Shown: piece after piece, positions 1-9,238 of the stretch
Position numbering within the stretch: position 1 is the stretch's first letter
Layout: every line of letters begins with the position of its first letter
NCBI GenBank assembly: GCA_963734535.1
Contig: CAVTHS010000008.1
Span: forward strand, 480,001 to 544,000
Length of the DNA: 64,000 nt
Origin: an uncultured Chloroflexia bacterium
Lineage (GTDB): Bacteria; Chloroflexota; Limnocylindria; Limnocylindrales; CSP1-4
Direction of reading: 5' to 3'
Notes under the pieces: generated by a model
What the model was told of the DNA's origin: nothing
The model's database searches: none
The model's input: only the letters and a program-made list of their open reading frames with translations
Translations under genes and position numbers: made by a program

Positions 1-1
1 G

Positions 2-448
2 GCGGGTGCCCATCTCGTCATGACGCAGCCCCTCTACGACGCCGCGCAGGTCGAGGCGATGCTCCGCGAGGCACGGCGCAGGTTCGGGCCGGGCGGCTTC
101 CCGGTCCCGGTGCTCCTCGGCATCCTGCCGCTGCAGTCGAGCCGGCATGCCGAGTTCCTCCACCACGAGGTTCCCGGGATCACGATTCCCGACTCGACGC
201 GGGCAGCGATGCGCGGCGCGGGCGAGGCCGCGGCGGAGGTCGGCCTGGAGACCGCCCTGGCACTGCTCCGCGACGTCGGGAACGAGGTGGCTGGAACCTA
301 CGTGATGCCGTCCTTCGGGCGCTACGAGCAGGCGGCGGAGCTGGTTCGTCGCCTGCGTGCCGAATCACGCCCGGTCGCGCCGGACGCCGGGCAGGCCGTC
401 GCGCCGTCCGTCGAACCGGGTGCCGCGCGCCCCGCCGCGCTCGGCTAG
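2..448 (+). CDS. C-terminal part (5' truncated by window) of MTHFR-domain protein, likely bifunctional homocysteine S-methyltransferase/methylenetetrahydrofolate reductase
   Basis: AGAHLVMTQPLYD, LGILPL-S-RHAEFLH-EVPGI-IP and G-YVMP-FG motifs of the YitJ-type MTHFR domain. Confidence 0.8.
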   Translation, partial: AGAHLVMTQPLYDAAQVEAMLREARRRFGPGGFPVPVLLGILPLQSSRHAEFLHHEVPGITIPDSTRAAMRGAGEAAAEVGLETALALLRDVGNEVAGTYVMPSFGRYEQAAELVRRLRAESRPVAPDAGQAVAPSVEPGAARPAALG

Positions 449-458
449 ACTCCGGTCC

Positions 459-791
459 ATGGGAGCCACCGACACGATGGAGCTGTTCTTCGAGCAGCTG
501 AACGGGGGGTCGCGCGAGGGCGCGGTCGCGCTGATGGACGAGCGGATCGAGATGCGGATCCACGTGGGCGAGAACGCCCGGACGCTGCGGGGCCTGGACC
601 AGGTGAGCGGCTGGTTCCTCCGTGCCGACGCCGGCCTGAAGATGATCCCGGGTGCCGTCCAGGACATGGGCAACACCTACCAGGCGGACCTGCTCGTCGT
701 GCGGCCCGGCGCCGAGTCGCAGCATCTCGACGCCGCGTTCCGTGTCGAGGCAGGCAAGATCACCTCGATCAACCTGACGCCGCGGCGCTGA
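459..791 (+). CDS. small SnoaL/NTF2-like fold protein
   Basis: 110 aa; FFEQLN-G----AVALM, RGLDQV, FRVEAGKITSI pattern typical of NTF2-like proteins. Confidence 0.6.
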   Translation: MGATDTMELFFEQLNGGSREGAVALMDERIEMRIHVGENARTLRGLDQVSGWFLRADAGLKMIPGAVQDMGNTYQADLLVVRPGAESQHLDAAFRVEAGKITSINLTPRR

Positions 792-887
792 GGCGACTGC
801 GGGGGGAGTCCGCCGCGCCAGGCTGGTCGCCCGCGCCGGCAGCCGCGAATGCGCACCGAGAGCCGCGTGCGCCCGGGCTTCGAGTCG

Positions 888-2262
888 CTACGGGGCGGGT
901 GTGATCGCCCCATCGGTGATCGCCGGCGCGACGGCCGGCGGGATCACGAGCTGATCGCCGAGGTTCAACCTGTCCGGGTTCTTGATCTGCGGGTTGGCCT
1001 TCACGATGTCGTCGACCGTGACCCCGAACTTCACGGCAAGCCGCGAGAGCACGTCGCCCGCCTTGACGACGTAGATGGTGGGGCTCGGTGACGGGACCGG
1101 CGTGATCGACGGTGCCACGGTCGCGGCGGCCGAGGCGCTCGCGGCAGGTGTCGGGCTGGACGAGGCGCCATCGCCGCTCGTGAAGATGCGCAGCACGAAG
1201 GGTGTCGCGAAGAGCGCCACGCCGACGATCAGCACGATGAGCCCGTAGAGGACGGGGCGCGGCAGCGCTGCGACGCGCCCGCCGCTCGACTTGAGGGACG
1301 GATACGCCTCGAACCGCCGGGGCCGTTCCCAGGAAGGCGCCGAGGGATCGGTCATGACCCGCTCGGGGCCGGGGCCGACGGCCCGATCGGCGCCGCGTTC
1401 GGGTCCTCGATCCCGGCCGCGGCCGGCCCCCGCGATCGGCCGTCGCGTCGGTTCGCCGGGGATCGAACCCGCTGCCCCCGGCCAGGCCCGTTCGGTCGCG
1501 GGCCTCGCGTGGAGTCCGACCGCCTCGCCCGGCAGGTCGACGCCTTCGCTCGCGCGGACGGGTCGCGCGGCGCGGCCCGCGAGGAACGCGGGCGTGGCCG
1601 GCTCCGCCGGGATCGGTCCGAGCTCCCGATCAGCGCCGGCGGCGGCATCCGACGGACGGGCCGCCTGGCCGCTGGACGGGCCGCCGGCGCCTGCGAGGGC
1701 ACCGAGCGCCGAACCGGACCACGCACCGAGGCCTGCGCTCTCGGCCCCCGCGAATCCGGCCTCGTCTTCCACCTCGGAGATCTCGTCACGCAGTGGACCG
1801 CGAGTCCGGACGGCCGACCGGCTCGTCTTCGAGGTCGGCCTCGCCGGCGCCAACGACGGCGCCCGCATCTGGGGCCCATGGCGGCGGCGCCGTCCACTCG
1901 GCCCGTCGCTGGCGACCCGACGTCGTCGATGCGGCCTGGGGCGCTATGGGCCGGCCCCCCGCCGGAGCGGCTCGGTCGGCGTCGCGGCGCGCCGTCGGCG
2001 CCTCGCGGAGCGTCCGGATCGGCTCGTCCTTCGGTGGTGCGGCCTCGCGTCGCGCCCAATCCATGAACGTCGGGCAGCCCGCGAACGCGGACGAGAGGCA
2101 ATAGGCGGCCTGGTGGGCGAGCGCCCGCGAGGCCGCCGGGCTCTCCGCGAAGCAGCGGTGCCGGTGATCGGGCACGGTCGACCGGAAGTCGCGATCCTCG
2201 TCGTACGCGACGAACGGACAGACGAACCCCTGCTCGGTTCCCATGGCGCTGCGCTCGGTCAT
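888..2262 (-). CDS. membrane-anchored LysM protein with N-terminal Cys/His motif; frameshifted near 1790-1870
   Basis: ORF 1786-2274 gives CPF...HRHRC...YC...GCPTF; ORF 888-1868 gives a TM helix, Pro/Ser linker and LysM (YVVKAGDVLSRLA-KFGVTVDDIVKANPQI--PD-L--GDQLVIP). Confidence 0.7.
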
Positions 2263-2320
2263 CCCGCCGATCATACCGGGGATGCCGGCGCACGGACGGC
2301 CCGGGCGCGGCCGCCCGGAC

Positions 2321-3256
2321 CTAGTGGGCGCCCTCCACGATCTCGTCGCAGACCTGGTCCATCGCGGCCGGCAGCGTGCAGGTGATCTTGAGGGCCGACG
2401 GGAAGTCCGTGCCCGAGCCGGCTGCGCCGGTGCCCGGGTCGAACACCAGCAACCCGAGCGCCCGGTACCGACCCCCGGAAGGTTCCCCTGTGCCGGCTAC
2501 GCCGGGCGGGTCCTCGAAGACGGCGGACCTCGGGACCGGCCTGCTGATCAGCTCGCCGGCCGGCGAGCTGGTCGGGCAGGATGAGCCGGGCTGCTCGAAC
2601 AGCTTCCAGGCTTCCGGAAACAGGCCACATGCCATCGTCGCGATGCAGCCGACGCAGGCGCCCCCGGTATACGCGGTCACCGCCTGGTGGTCCGGCGGAG
2701 GGCTTCCGGTCGGGGTCGCCTGGCCCGGCGGCGTGATCGTCATGCTCGAGGATCCGTCGACGCCGACCGCGGCCTCGCAGTGCCAGCCCTTCGGGCCCAG
2801 GAGCGTTCGCGTCCCGTTGCTGTAGAAGGTGACCTCCGCGGCCACCGCCGTTGACACGGTGGCGGTCATCGTCGAGGGCACGGGTGCCATCGTCTCGTCG
2901 GGGAGCCCGAACGTGGTCGGGCACGTCACGACCGGGATGTGGGCGGTCCGCGACGTCTCTGGTGTCGGGGCTGCCAGGCTTGCGATGGGGCCGGACGCGG
3001 CCGGCGAGACGCCGGGCGTTGCGGCGGGCGATGCCGCGAGTGTCGCGCTCGCCGACGTGGGGGAAGCATTCGGAGCCGAAGCTCCCGCCGGAGCGGAGGT
3101 GGCGGCCGGCGTCGGTGCCAGCGTCGGCCCGGAGCTCCCGCACGCCGCGACGACCAGGACGACAGCGACGAAGAGGCCCGGGACGAACCGGTGGAACCGC
3201 CCGGGACGGCGCTCGTGGTCGGCACGCTCGGGGGATCCGCGAAGCGGGACGTCCAT
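2321..3256 (-). CDS. hypothetical lipoprotein with Cys-rich extracellular domain
   Basis: lipobox VVAAC, PAAS-rich linker, domain with CPTTFG, LGPKGWHC-A-VGVDGS, CVGC---AC. Confidence 0.65.
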   Translation of the reverse strand: MDVPLRGSPERADHERRPGRFHRFVPGLFVAVVLVVAACGSSGPTLAPTPAATSAPAGASAPNASPTSASATLAASPAATPGVSPAASGPIASLAAPTPETSRTAHIPVVTCPTTFGLPDETMAPVPSTMTATVSTAVAAEVTFYSNGTRTLLGPKGWHCEAAVGVDGSSSMTITPPGQATPTGSPPPDHQAVTAYTGGACVGCIATMACGLFPEAWKLFEQPGSSCPTSSPAGELISRPVPRSAVFEDPPGVAGTGEPSGGRYRALGLLVFDPGTGAAGSGTDFPSALKITCTLPAAMDQVCDEIVEGAH

Positions 3257-3317
3257 GTCCGGGATGGTACGCCCGCCGCGGTCAACCGGACATGTCGATC
3301 GTCCCGCGGGCGCGGCG

Positions 3318-4136
3318 CTACCCCTTGCGGCGGTAGGTCCAGATGGCGAGGGGCGCAAAGATCGCCACGATCCCGCCGATCCAGCCGAACGCGAGAAGGA
3401 CCGTGCCGGCATCGGGTGTTCCCAGGATGAGCCCGCGCGCTGCGTTCACCACGATGGTCACCGGGTTCGCCTCCGCGATCGGGCGGAGCCAGTCCGGCAT
3501 CGTTGCCACCGGCACGAATGCCGAGCTGGCGAAGGTGAGCGGGAAGACGGGGATGAAGATCGCCCCCTGGGCGGCCTGGGCCGACTTCGCTCGCAGGCCG
3601 ATGTTCGCCGACAGCCAGCTGATCGCGTAGCCGAACAGGGTCACCAGCCCGAGGGCGAGCAGGAACTCCGGGATGCTCCCTGCGAAGCGAAACCCGATCA
3701 GGAAGCCCACCACGGTCATGACCGCGACGGTGTAGGCGTTCCGCAGGAGATCCGCGAACGTCCGGCCGATCAGCACCCCGGAGGGCGCCATCGGGAGCGA
3801 GCGGAAGCGGTCGATGATTCCCTTCTGGAGGTCCTCGGCGAGGCCGATCGCAGTGCCGGTCCCGCCGAACACCACGGTCTGGACGAAGATTCCGGGCATC
3901 AGGAACGTGACGTAGTCGATCCCGGGTGTCTTGATCGCGCCGCCGAAGACGAATGCGAACAGCAGCACGAACATGATCGGCGTGATCGTGTCGACGACCA
4001 GGAGCTGCGGGTTCCGGACGACCGCCAGCATGTTCCGCCAGGCGAGCGTGATCGAGTCGGTGACGATCCACATGGGCCGGCGACGGCTCTGCGGGATCGG
4101 GCGGCCGCCGGTGGCGGGGGCGGCGATGGCGGTCAT
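3318..4136 (-). CDS. ABC-2 type exporter permease (DrrB-like)
   Basis: PIMFVLLFAFVFGG, YVTFLMPGI, GIIDRFRSLPM, SSAFVPV--MP-WL motifs; ATGA overlap with upstream ATPase. Confidence 0.9.
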   Translation of the reverse strand: MTAIAAPATGGRPIPQSRRRPMWIVTDSITLAWRNMLAVVRNPQLLVVDTITPIMFVLLFAFVFGGAIKTPGIDYVTFLMPGIFVQTVVFGGTGTAIGLAEDLQKGIIDRFRSLPMAPSGVLIGRTFADLLRNAYTVAVMTVVGFLIGFRFAGSIPEFLLALGLVTLFGYAISWLSANIGLRAKSAQAAQGAIFIPVFPLTFASSAFVPVATMPDWLRPIAEANPVTIVVNAARGLILGTPDAGTVLLAFGWIGGIVAIFAPLAIWTYRRKG

Positions 4137-5164
4137 GCGGCGTTCCTCTTCGCTGGGCGGCCGAACCGTCGGCGCGGAATGGCGGTTCCCGGGTCGCCGC
4201 TGACGTCTGCCGCGGGCCCATCCTCGGCGCGATGGCCCGTCAGCGCCAGGAACACGTCGTCCAGGCTGGGCCGGTGGAGCGACAGCTCCGCGATCTCCAG
4301 CCCGGCCCCGTCGACGCGGCGAACCACCTCGGCCAGGGTCCCCGCGCCGTGGTGGACGGGGAGGTGGATTCGGCCTTCGACGGCATTCGCCCGCGGCTCG
4401 GCGGCCGTGAGCGAGCGCAGGAGCTCCATCGCCTCGGCGGTACGGGCGGGATCCGCGACGCGAACATCGACGACGTCCTCGCCCAGGCGGTCCTTGAGCT
4501 CGTTGGCAGTCCCTTCCGCGATCAGGAGGCCGTCGTCGATGACGGCGATGCGGTTCGCCAGCCTGTCGGCCTCTTCCAGGTACTGCGTGGTCAGGAGGAT
4601 TGTCGTCCCGTCCATGACGAGGCCCTCGATGACATCCCATAACCCGAGCCGGCTGGCCGGATCGAGCCCGGTCGTCGGCTCGTCGAGGAAGAGGACCTGC
4701 GGGCGGCCCACCAGGCTCGCAGCAAGGTCCAGGCGGCGGCGCATGCCGCCGGAGTAGGTACGGGCGGGTCGGCCGCCGGCGGCGAGCAGGTCGAACGTCG
4801 CGAGCAGCTCGTCGGCGCGAGTCCGCGCGGCGGGCCCGCCGATGTGAAGCAGGCGGCCGACCATCTCGAGGTTCTCGTGGCCGGTGAGGTTCTCGTCGAC
4901 GGCTGCGAACTGTCCGCTGAGGCCGATGGCCGCACGAACGGCATCCGGCTCGTGCACCACGTCGTGACCGGCGACGGTCGCCCGGCCGCCGTCGGGGTGC
5001 AGGAGCGTGCTGAGGATTCGGACCGCGGTCGTCTTCCCGGCGCCGTTGGGGCCGAGCAGGCCGAGGATGGTGCCGGCCGGCACGGCCAGGTCGATCCCCC
5101 GCAGCGCGTGGACGTCACCGTAGGACTTGCGAAGTCCGTCGGCGGAGATGGCGAGCTCGAGCAT
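4133..5164 (-). CDS. ABC exporter ATP-binding protein (DrrA-like)
   Basis: Walker A GPNGAGKT, YSGGMRRRLDLA, LFLDEPTTGLD, TTQYLEEAD, PSLDDVFL. Confidence 0.92.
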   Translation of the reverse strand: MLELAISADGLRKSYGDVHALRGIDLAVPAGTILGLLGPNGAGKTTAVRILSTLLHPDGGRATVAGHDVVHEPDAVRAAIGLSGQFAAVDENLTGHENLEMVGRLLHIGGPAARTRADELLATFDLLAAGGRPARTYSGGMRRRLDLAASLVGRPQVLFLDEPTTGLDPASRLGLWDVIEGLVMDGTTILLTTQYLEEADRLANRIAVIDDGLLIAEGTANELKDRLGEDVVDVRVADPARTAEAMELLRSLTAAEPRANAVEGRIHLPVHHGAGTLAEVVRRVDGAGLEIAELSLHRPSLDDVFLALTGHRAEDGPAADVSGDPGTAIPRRRFGRPAKRNAA

Positions 5165-5250
5165 GTGGTCCTCGTGGTCTGACGTCGTCGATGTGCGGCC
5201 GTCACTCCTTCGTTCGGTCGACACGGTCGCGCGGATGGCGATGCCGCGTC

Positions 5251-5269
5251 ATGACGGCCCGTAATGACG
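5251..5269. promoter_or_regulatory. putative operator ATGACG-N7-ATGACG (copy 1)
   Basis: ATGACGGCCCGTAATGACG; same pattern at 5867 and 18429. Confidence 0.5.
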
Positions 5270-5325
5270 GTCCGGGGTTGTGCGGAGAAACTGCCCGGAC
5301 CTCGGGGGGCACTGCCGTGCAGGCA

Positions 5326-5385
5326 CGAGCCGCGCTCGCCGTGTACGCACGAGCCGCGGTCGCCGCACGATCGAGCCGCGGTCGC
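5326..5385 (+). repeat. three copies of CGAGCCGCG(C/G)TCGC
   Basis: copies start at 5326, 5350 and 5372. Confidence 0.75.
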
Positions 5386-5402
5386 GAGAGGGGAGAAACG
5401 CC

Positions 5403-5438
5403 ATGCCACAGCCACCATCGACGCTCAGCTGGAGCTAG
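5403..5438 (+). CDS. putative 11-aa peptide MPQPPSTLSWS
   Basis: GGAG Shine-Dalgarno upstream; peptide matches the N-terminus of the 5986 protein (PQPPSSLSWS) with mostly synonymous differences. Confidence 0.5.
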   Translation: MPQPPSTLSWS

Positions 5439-5521
5439 CCGAGTCCAGCCACCTCCCGCTGCGTCCGCGCTGCGCCCGCCCGGCGCGCCTGGCCCGCAGC
5501 GCTGCGCCCGCTGCATCTGCG

Positions 5522-5595
5522 CTGCCCTGCCCTGCTCTGCCCTACCCTGCTCTGCCCTGCTCTGCCCTGCTCTGCCCTGCTCTGCCCTGCCCTGC
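5522..5595 (+). repeat. pentanucleotide microsatellite (CTGCC/CTGCT)n, about 15 units
   Basis: ctgccctgccctgctctgccctaccctgctctgccctgctct... read directly. Confidence 0.9.
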
Positions 5596-5866
5596 TAGAT
5601 ATCGGCTCGGCCGATCGGATCCGGGACCTCGAGCGTGGAATCGCGCCGAACGTCGACGTTGGCCGCGACCCGGAGCGTGGAGAGCGTGATCCTCATCGGC
5701 AGGCCCGATATCCGCGCGATTTCGACTCGGCGAGCGCCTGGCGCGCCTCGACTCGGCGCCCGACCCGTCGAGCGACTGGCGTGCCGCCCGGGTGATGCGC
5801 GGAGCGCCCCCAGGGCGCACGGCGGCTGTGCCCGCGCGTCCCCGCCCCGGGTGACGTGCCGAGCAA

Positions 5867-5885
5867 ATGACGCGGCGTCATGACG
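5867..5885. promoter_or_regulatory. putative operator ATGACG-N7-ATGACG (copy 2) upstream of sugar ABC operon
   Basis: ATGACGCGGCGTCATGACG, containing the inverted repeat ATGACG-N3-CGTCAT. Confidence 0.5.
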
Positions 5886-5985
5886 AGGCGGCAGCGGGGC
5901 GCGACACTCGCCGACGCCACCGGAACGCTCTTGTCGCACCTTTGAGACCGGCCCGCTCCGTGCATGCGCACCCGGGGAGACGGAC

Positions 5986-7344
5986 ATGCCACAGCCCCTG
6001 CCGCAACCTCCATCCTCGCTGAGCTGGAGCAATCGAACCCGCGGACGACCCATCCGCATCGCCGCCGTCCTCGCCGGCGTCGCCCTCCTCGTCGCGAGCT
6101 GCGGCACGAACGCCGGCACCTCCGGGCCGGGCGCATCCGCCAGCCAGGGCGCCGCCAGCCAGGGCGCCGCCAGCCAGGCGCCGGCCATCAGCCCGGCCGC
6201 GGCGGTCAGCGGGACGCTGACGGTCTGGGCCATGGGCAACGAGGGGGTCAAGCTCAAGGACCTGGCCGCCACGTTCATGAAGGACAACCCGGGCACGACG
6301 GTCAACGTGACGCCGGTCGACTGGGGCCAGGCCGTCGCGAAGCTCCAGACCGCCATCGCCGGCCACCAGACGCCCGACGTGAGCCAGATGGGCACCGACA
6401 TGATGGGCCAGTTCGCGGCCACCGGCGCCCTCGAGGCCGTCCCGGCCAACTTCCAGGCCAGCACCTTCTTCACGAGCGCCTGGAACACCAACATCGTCAA
6501 CGGCACGGTGTACGGCGTTCCGTGGTACGTCGAGACACGGGTCCTCTACTACCGCACGGACATCGCTGCGAAGGCCGGCATCACGACGCCCCCCGCGACG
6601 TGGGACGACCTGACGGCGATGGCCACCGCGATGCAGGCAAAGGGCGGCGCGAAGTGGGGCATCTCGCTGGGTACGCAGAACTGGCAGGAGTACCTGCCCT
6701 TCCTGTGGTCGAACGGCGGCGACGTCATGGACGCGTCGGGCCAGTTCCAGCTGAACAGCCCGCAGGCCGTCGAGGCACTGACCTACTACGAGTCGTTCTT
6801 CAAGGCAGGCCTGACCCCGACGTCGGTGCCCGCAGGGTTCGACATCACGCCGGCGTTCGTGGCCGGGACGAACCCGATGTTCTTCTCGGGTCCGTGGCAC
6901 CTGGGCCTGATCAAGACCGCGGGTGGCGCGGGCTTCGACTCCAAGTGGGCGATCGCGCCGATGCCGAAGAAGGTCAGCTCGACCTCGTTCGTGGGCGGCG
7001 GGAACATGGTCGTCTACAAGGACAGCCAGAACAAGGACCTCGCCTGGAAGTTCGTCCAGTACCTCTCCGACCCCAAGACGCAGCTGGCGTGGTACGCGGA
7101 CGTCACCGACCTTCCCGCCGTCCAGGCGGCCTGGGACGACCCGGCCCTCAAGGCTGACGCGAACGTCGCGCTGTTCGGCGAGCAGCTGAAGGACACCAAG
7201 GCGCAGCCGGCAACCTCCACGTGGAGCCAGCTGGCAACCGCGCTCAACGGAACGCTCGAGAAGATGACGACCGGCGGCATGGACCCGAAGGCCGCGGCCG
7301 ACGAGATGCAGCAGGAGGCAACGACGATCGGGACGGGCCAGTGA
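5986..7344 (+). CDS. sugar ABC transporter substrate-binding lipoprotein (family 1)
   Basis: lipobox LVASC; PDVSQMG, YGVPWYVETRVLYYRTD, MFFSGPW, SFVGG motifs. Confidence 0.92.
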   Translation: MPQPLPQPPSSLSWSNRTRGRPIRIAAVLAGVALLVASCGTNAGTSGPGASASQGAASQGAASQAPAISPAAAVSGTLTVWAMGNEGVKLKDLAATFMKDNPGTTVNVTPVDWGQAVAKLQTAIAGHQTPDVSQMGTDMMGQFAATGALEAVPANFQASTFFTSAWNTNIVNGTVYGVPWYVETRVLYYRTDIAAKAGITTPPATWDDLTAMATAMQAKGGAKWGISLGTQNWQEYLPFLWSNGGDVMDASGQFQLNSPQAVEALTYYESFFKAGLTPTSVPAGFDITPAFVAGTNPMFFSGPWHLGLIKTAGGAGFDSKWAIAPMPKKVSSTSFVGGGNMVVYKDSQNKDLAWKFVQYLSDPKTQLAWYADVTDLPAVQAAWDDPALKADANVALFGEQLKDTKAQPATSTWSQLATALNGTLEKMTTGGMDPKAAADEMQQEATTIGTGQ

Positions 7345-7345
7345 G

Positions 7346-8284
7346 GTGACAGTCCCTGCGCTCGCCCAGCGCAGAACGGCGGAGGCGGCACCGTCCGCCT
7401 CCCGCCGGCCGTGGCGAGACGACCTGGTCGGTTGGGCGTTTGCCGCCCCCTTCGTGATCCTGTTCGTCGTCTTCCTCGCGTTCCCGATCCTGGCCTCGTT
7501 CCTCCTCAGCTTCACGAGCTTCGGCCTCCGGGACATCGCCAACCCGGTCGGGACGAGCGTCATCGGGATCAAGAACTACGTCGACCTCTTCGCCGATCCG
7601 AAGTTCTGGAAGGCGCTGTTCAACACGTTCTACTTCGTGGTGGTCGGCGTGCCCGTGACGCTCGCCATCGGGCTGCTGATCGCGACGGCCCTGAGCCGCG
7701 GGGTGACCCGCTTCCGGACGGCATTCCGGGTCGGCTACTACCTGCCGGTCATCACCAGCATCGTCGCGATCGCGGTCGTCTGGCGGTTCCTACTCAACCC
7801 GGACGCGGGCCTGATCAACATGCTGCTGGGCGGCCTCGGCATCAAGGGGCCGGCCTGGCTGGCCGACCCTGTCTTCGCGATGCCGTCGATCATCGCGATG
7901 GCCGTCTGGCGCAACCTCGGCTTCGCGATGGTCGTCTTCCTGGCCGGCCTGCAGACGATCCCGGCATCTCTCTACGAGGCGGCGGGCATCGATGGGGCCG
8001 GTCGCTGGCAGGCATTCCGGTACGTGACCATCCCGATGCTCCGGCCGACGATCCTGTTCATGACGGTCATCACCACGATCGGCTACCTGCAGCTGTTCGA
8101 GGAGCCGTTCGTGATGACCAAGGGCGGACCGCTCGACGCGACGCTCTCGATCACGATGTACATGTACCAGCAGGGCTTCACCTTCTTCCACCAGGGCTAC
8201 GCCTCCGCCATCGCCTACGTGCTGTTCGTCATCGTCGCGCTGATCGCCTTCCTCCAGTTCAAGTTCCTCCGGTCGGACGAATGA
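7346..8284 (+). CDS. carbohydrate ABC transporter permease 1
   Basis: TM helices; EAA motif LYEAAGIDGAGRWQAFRYVTIPML. Confidence 0.92.
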   Translation: MTVPALAQRRTAEAAPSASRRPWRDDLVGWAFAAPFVILFVVFLAFPILASFLLSFTSFGLRDIANPVGTSVIGIKNYVDLFADPKFWKALFNTFYFVVVGVPVTLAIGLLIATALSRGVTRFRTAFRVGYYLPVITSIVAIAVVWRFLLNPDAGLINMLLGGLGIKGPAWLADPVFAMPSIIAMAVWRNLGFAMVVFLAGLQTIPASLYEAAGIDGAGRWQAFRYVTIPMLRPTILFMTVITTIGYLQLFEEPFVMTKGGPLDATLSITMYMYQQGFTFFHQGYASAIAYVLFVIVALIAFLQFKFLRSDE

Positions 8285-8297
8285 GGAGGGCCGCACG

Positions 8298-9176
8298 ATG
8301 ACTGCCATCCCGGCTGCCGCGCCGGCCCCCGCTGCTCCGCTCTCGGCGCCCGGTCGCGGCCGGACGACGCCGAACCGGTGGATCTACCTCCTCCTCGTCG
8401 GTGGGCTCGTGCTCATGGTCGGGCCGTTCCTGTGGATGCTCCTCGGCTCGATCAAGCCCCAGGCCGACTTCCTCACCGCGCCGACGCTCCTGCCGTCGGT
8501 GCCGACAACCGACAACTACAGCCGCCTGTTCGACCAGCTCGACTTCCCGCGCTTCTTCTTCAACTCGTCCCTCATCGCGCTGGCCGTCACGATCGGCAAT
8601 CTCGTCTTCTGCCCGATGCTGGGCTACGCGCTGGCAAAGCTGCGCTGGCGCGGCAAGCGGGTGATCATGGGCCTGGTCCTGGCCACGCTCATGGTTCCGG
8701 CCGGGATCACGCTCATCCCGAACTTCATCCTGATGAGCAAGCTCGGGTTCGTGAACACCTACCCCGGCCTGATCCTGCCGTTCCTCGCCGGGCCGTTCGG
8801 CGTGTTCCTCATGCGCCAGTTCATGTACGGCGTACCGAACGAGCTGCTCGAGGCGGCACGCATGGACGGTGCCAACGAGTTCCGCGTCTTCTGGTCGGTC
8901 GTCGTCCCGATCGCGACGCCGGTCCTCGCCACGCTCGGCATCCTCACCTTCCTGGGCAACTGGAACAGCTTCCTCTACCCGCTGGTCATGGCCCAGGAGC
9001 CCCAGATGTACACGCTGCCAGTTGCGCTCGCGACGTTCGCGACGGGCCAGTACCAGGCCGACCACGGGATGCTCATGGCGGGCTCGGTGATCCTGGTCGT
9101 ACCCGTGCTCATCGTCTTCATCCTCTTCCAGCGCTGGATCACGGAAGGAATCGCCACGACCGGCCTCAAGGGCTGA
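8298..9176 (+). CDS. carbohydrate ABC transporter permease 2
   Basis: ELLEAARMDGANEFRVF, WNSFLYPL, FQRWI-EGI--TGLKG. Confidence 0.92.
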   Translation: MTAIPAAAPAPAAPLSAPGRGRTTPNRWIYLLLVGGLVLMVGPFLWMLLGSIKPQADFLTAPTLLPSVPTTDNYSRLFDQLDFPRFFFNSSLIALAVTIGNLVFCPMLGYALAKLRWRGKRVIMGLVLATLMVPAGITLIPNFILMSKLGFVNTYPGLILPFLAGPFGVFLMRQFMYGVPNELLEAARMDGANEFRVFWSVVVPIATPVLATLGILTFLGNWNSFLYPLVMAQEPQMYTLPVALATFATGQYQADHGMLMAGSVILVVPVLIVFILFQRWITEGIATTGLKG

Positions 9177-9238
9177 ACGCGGCGACGGCGGCGAACGCCC
9201 GCGGTGAGAACCGCGACGACCGACAACGGAGGTTTCTG

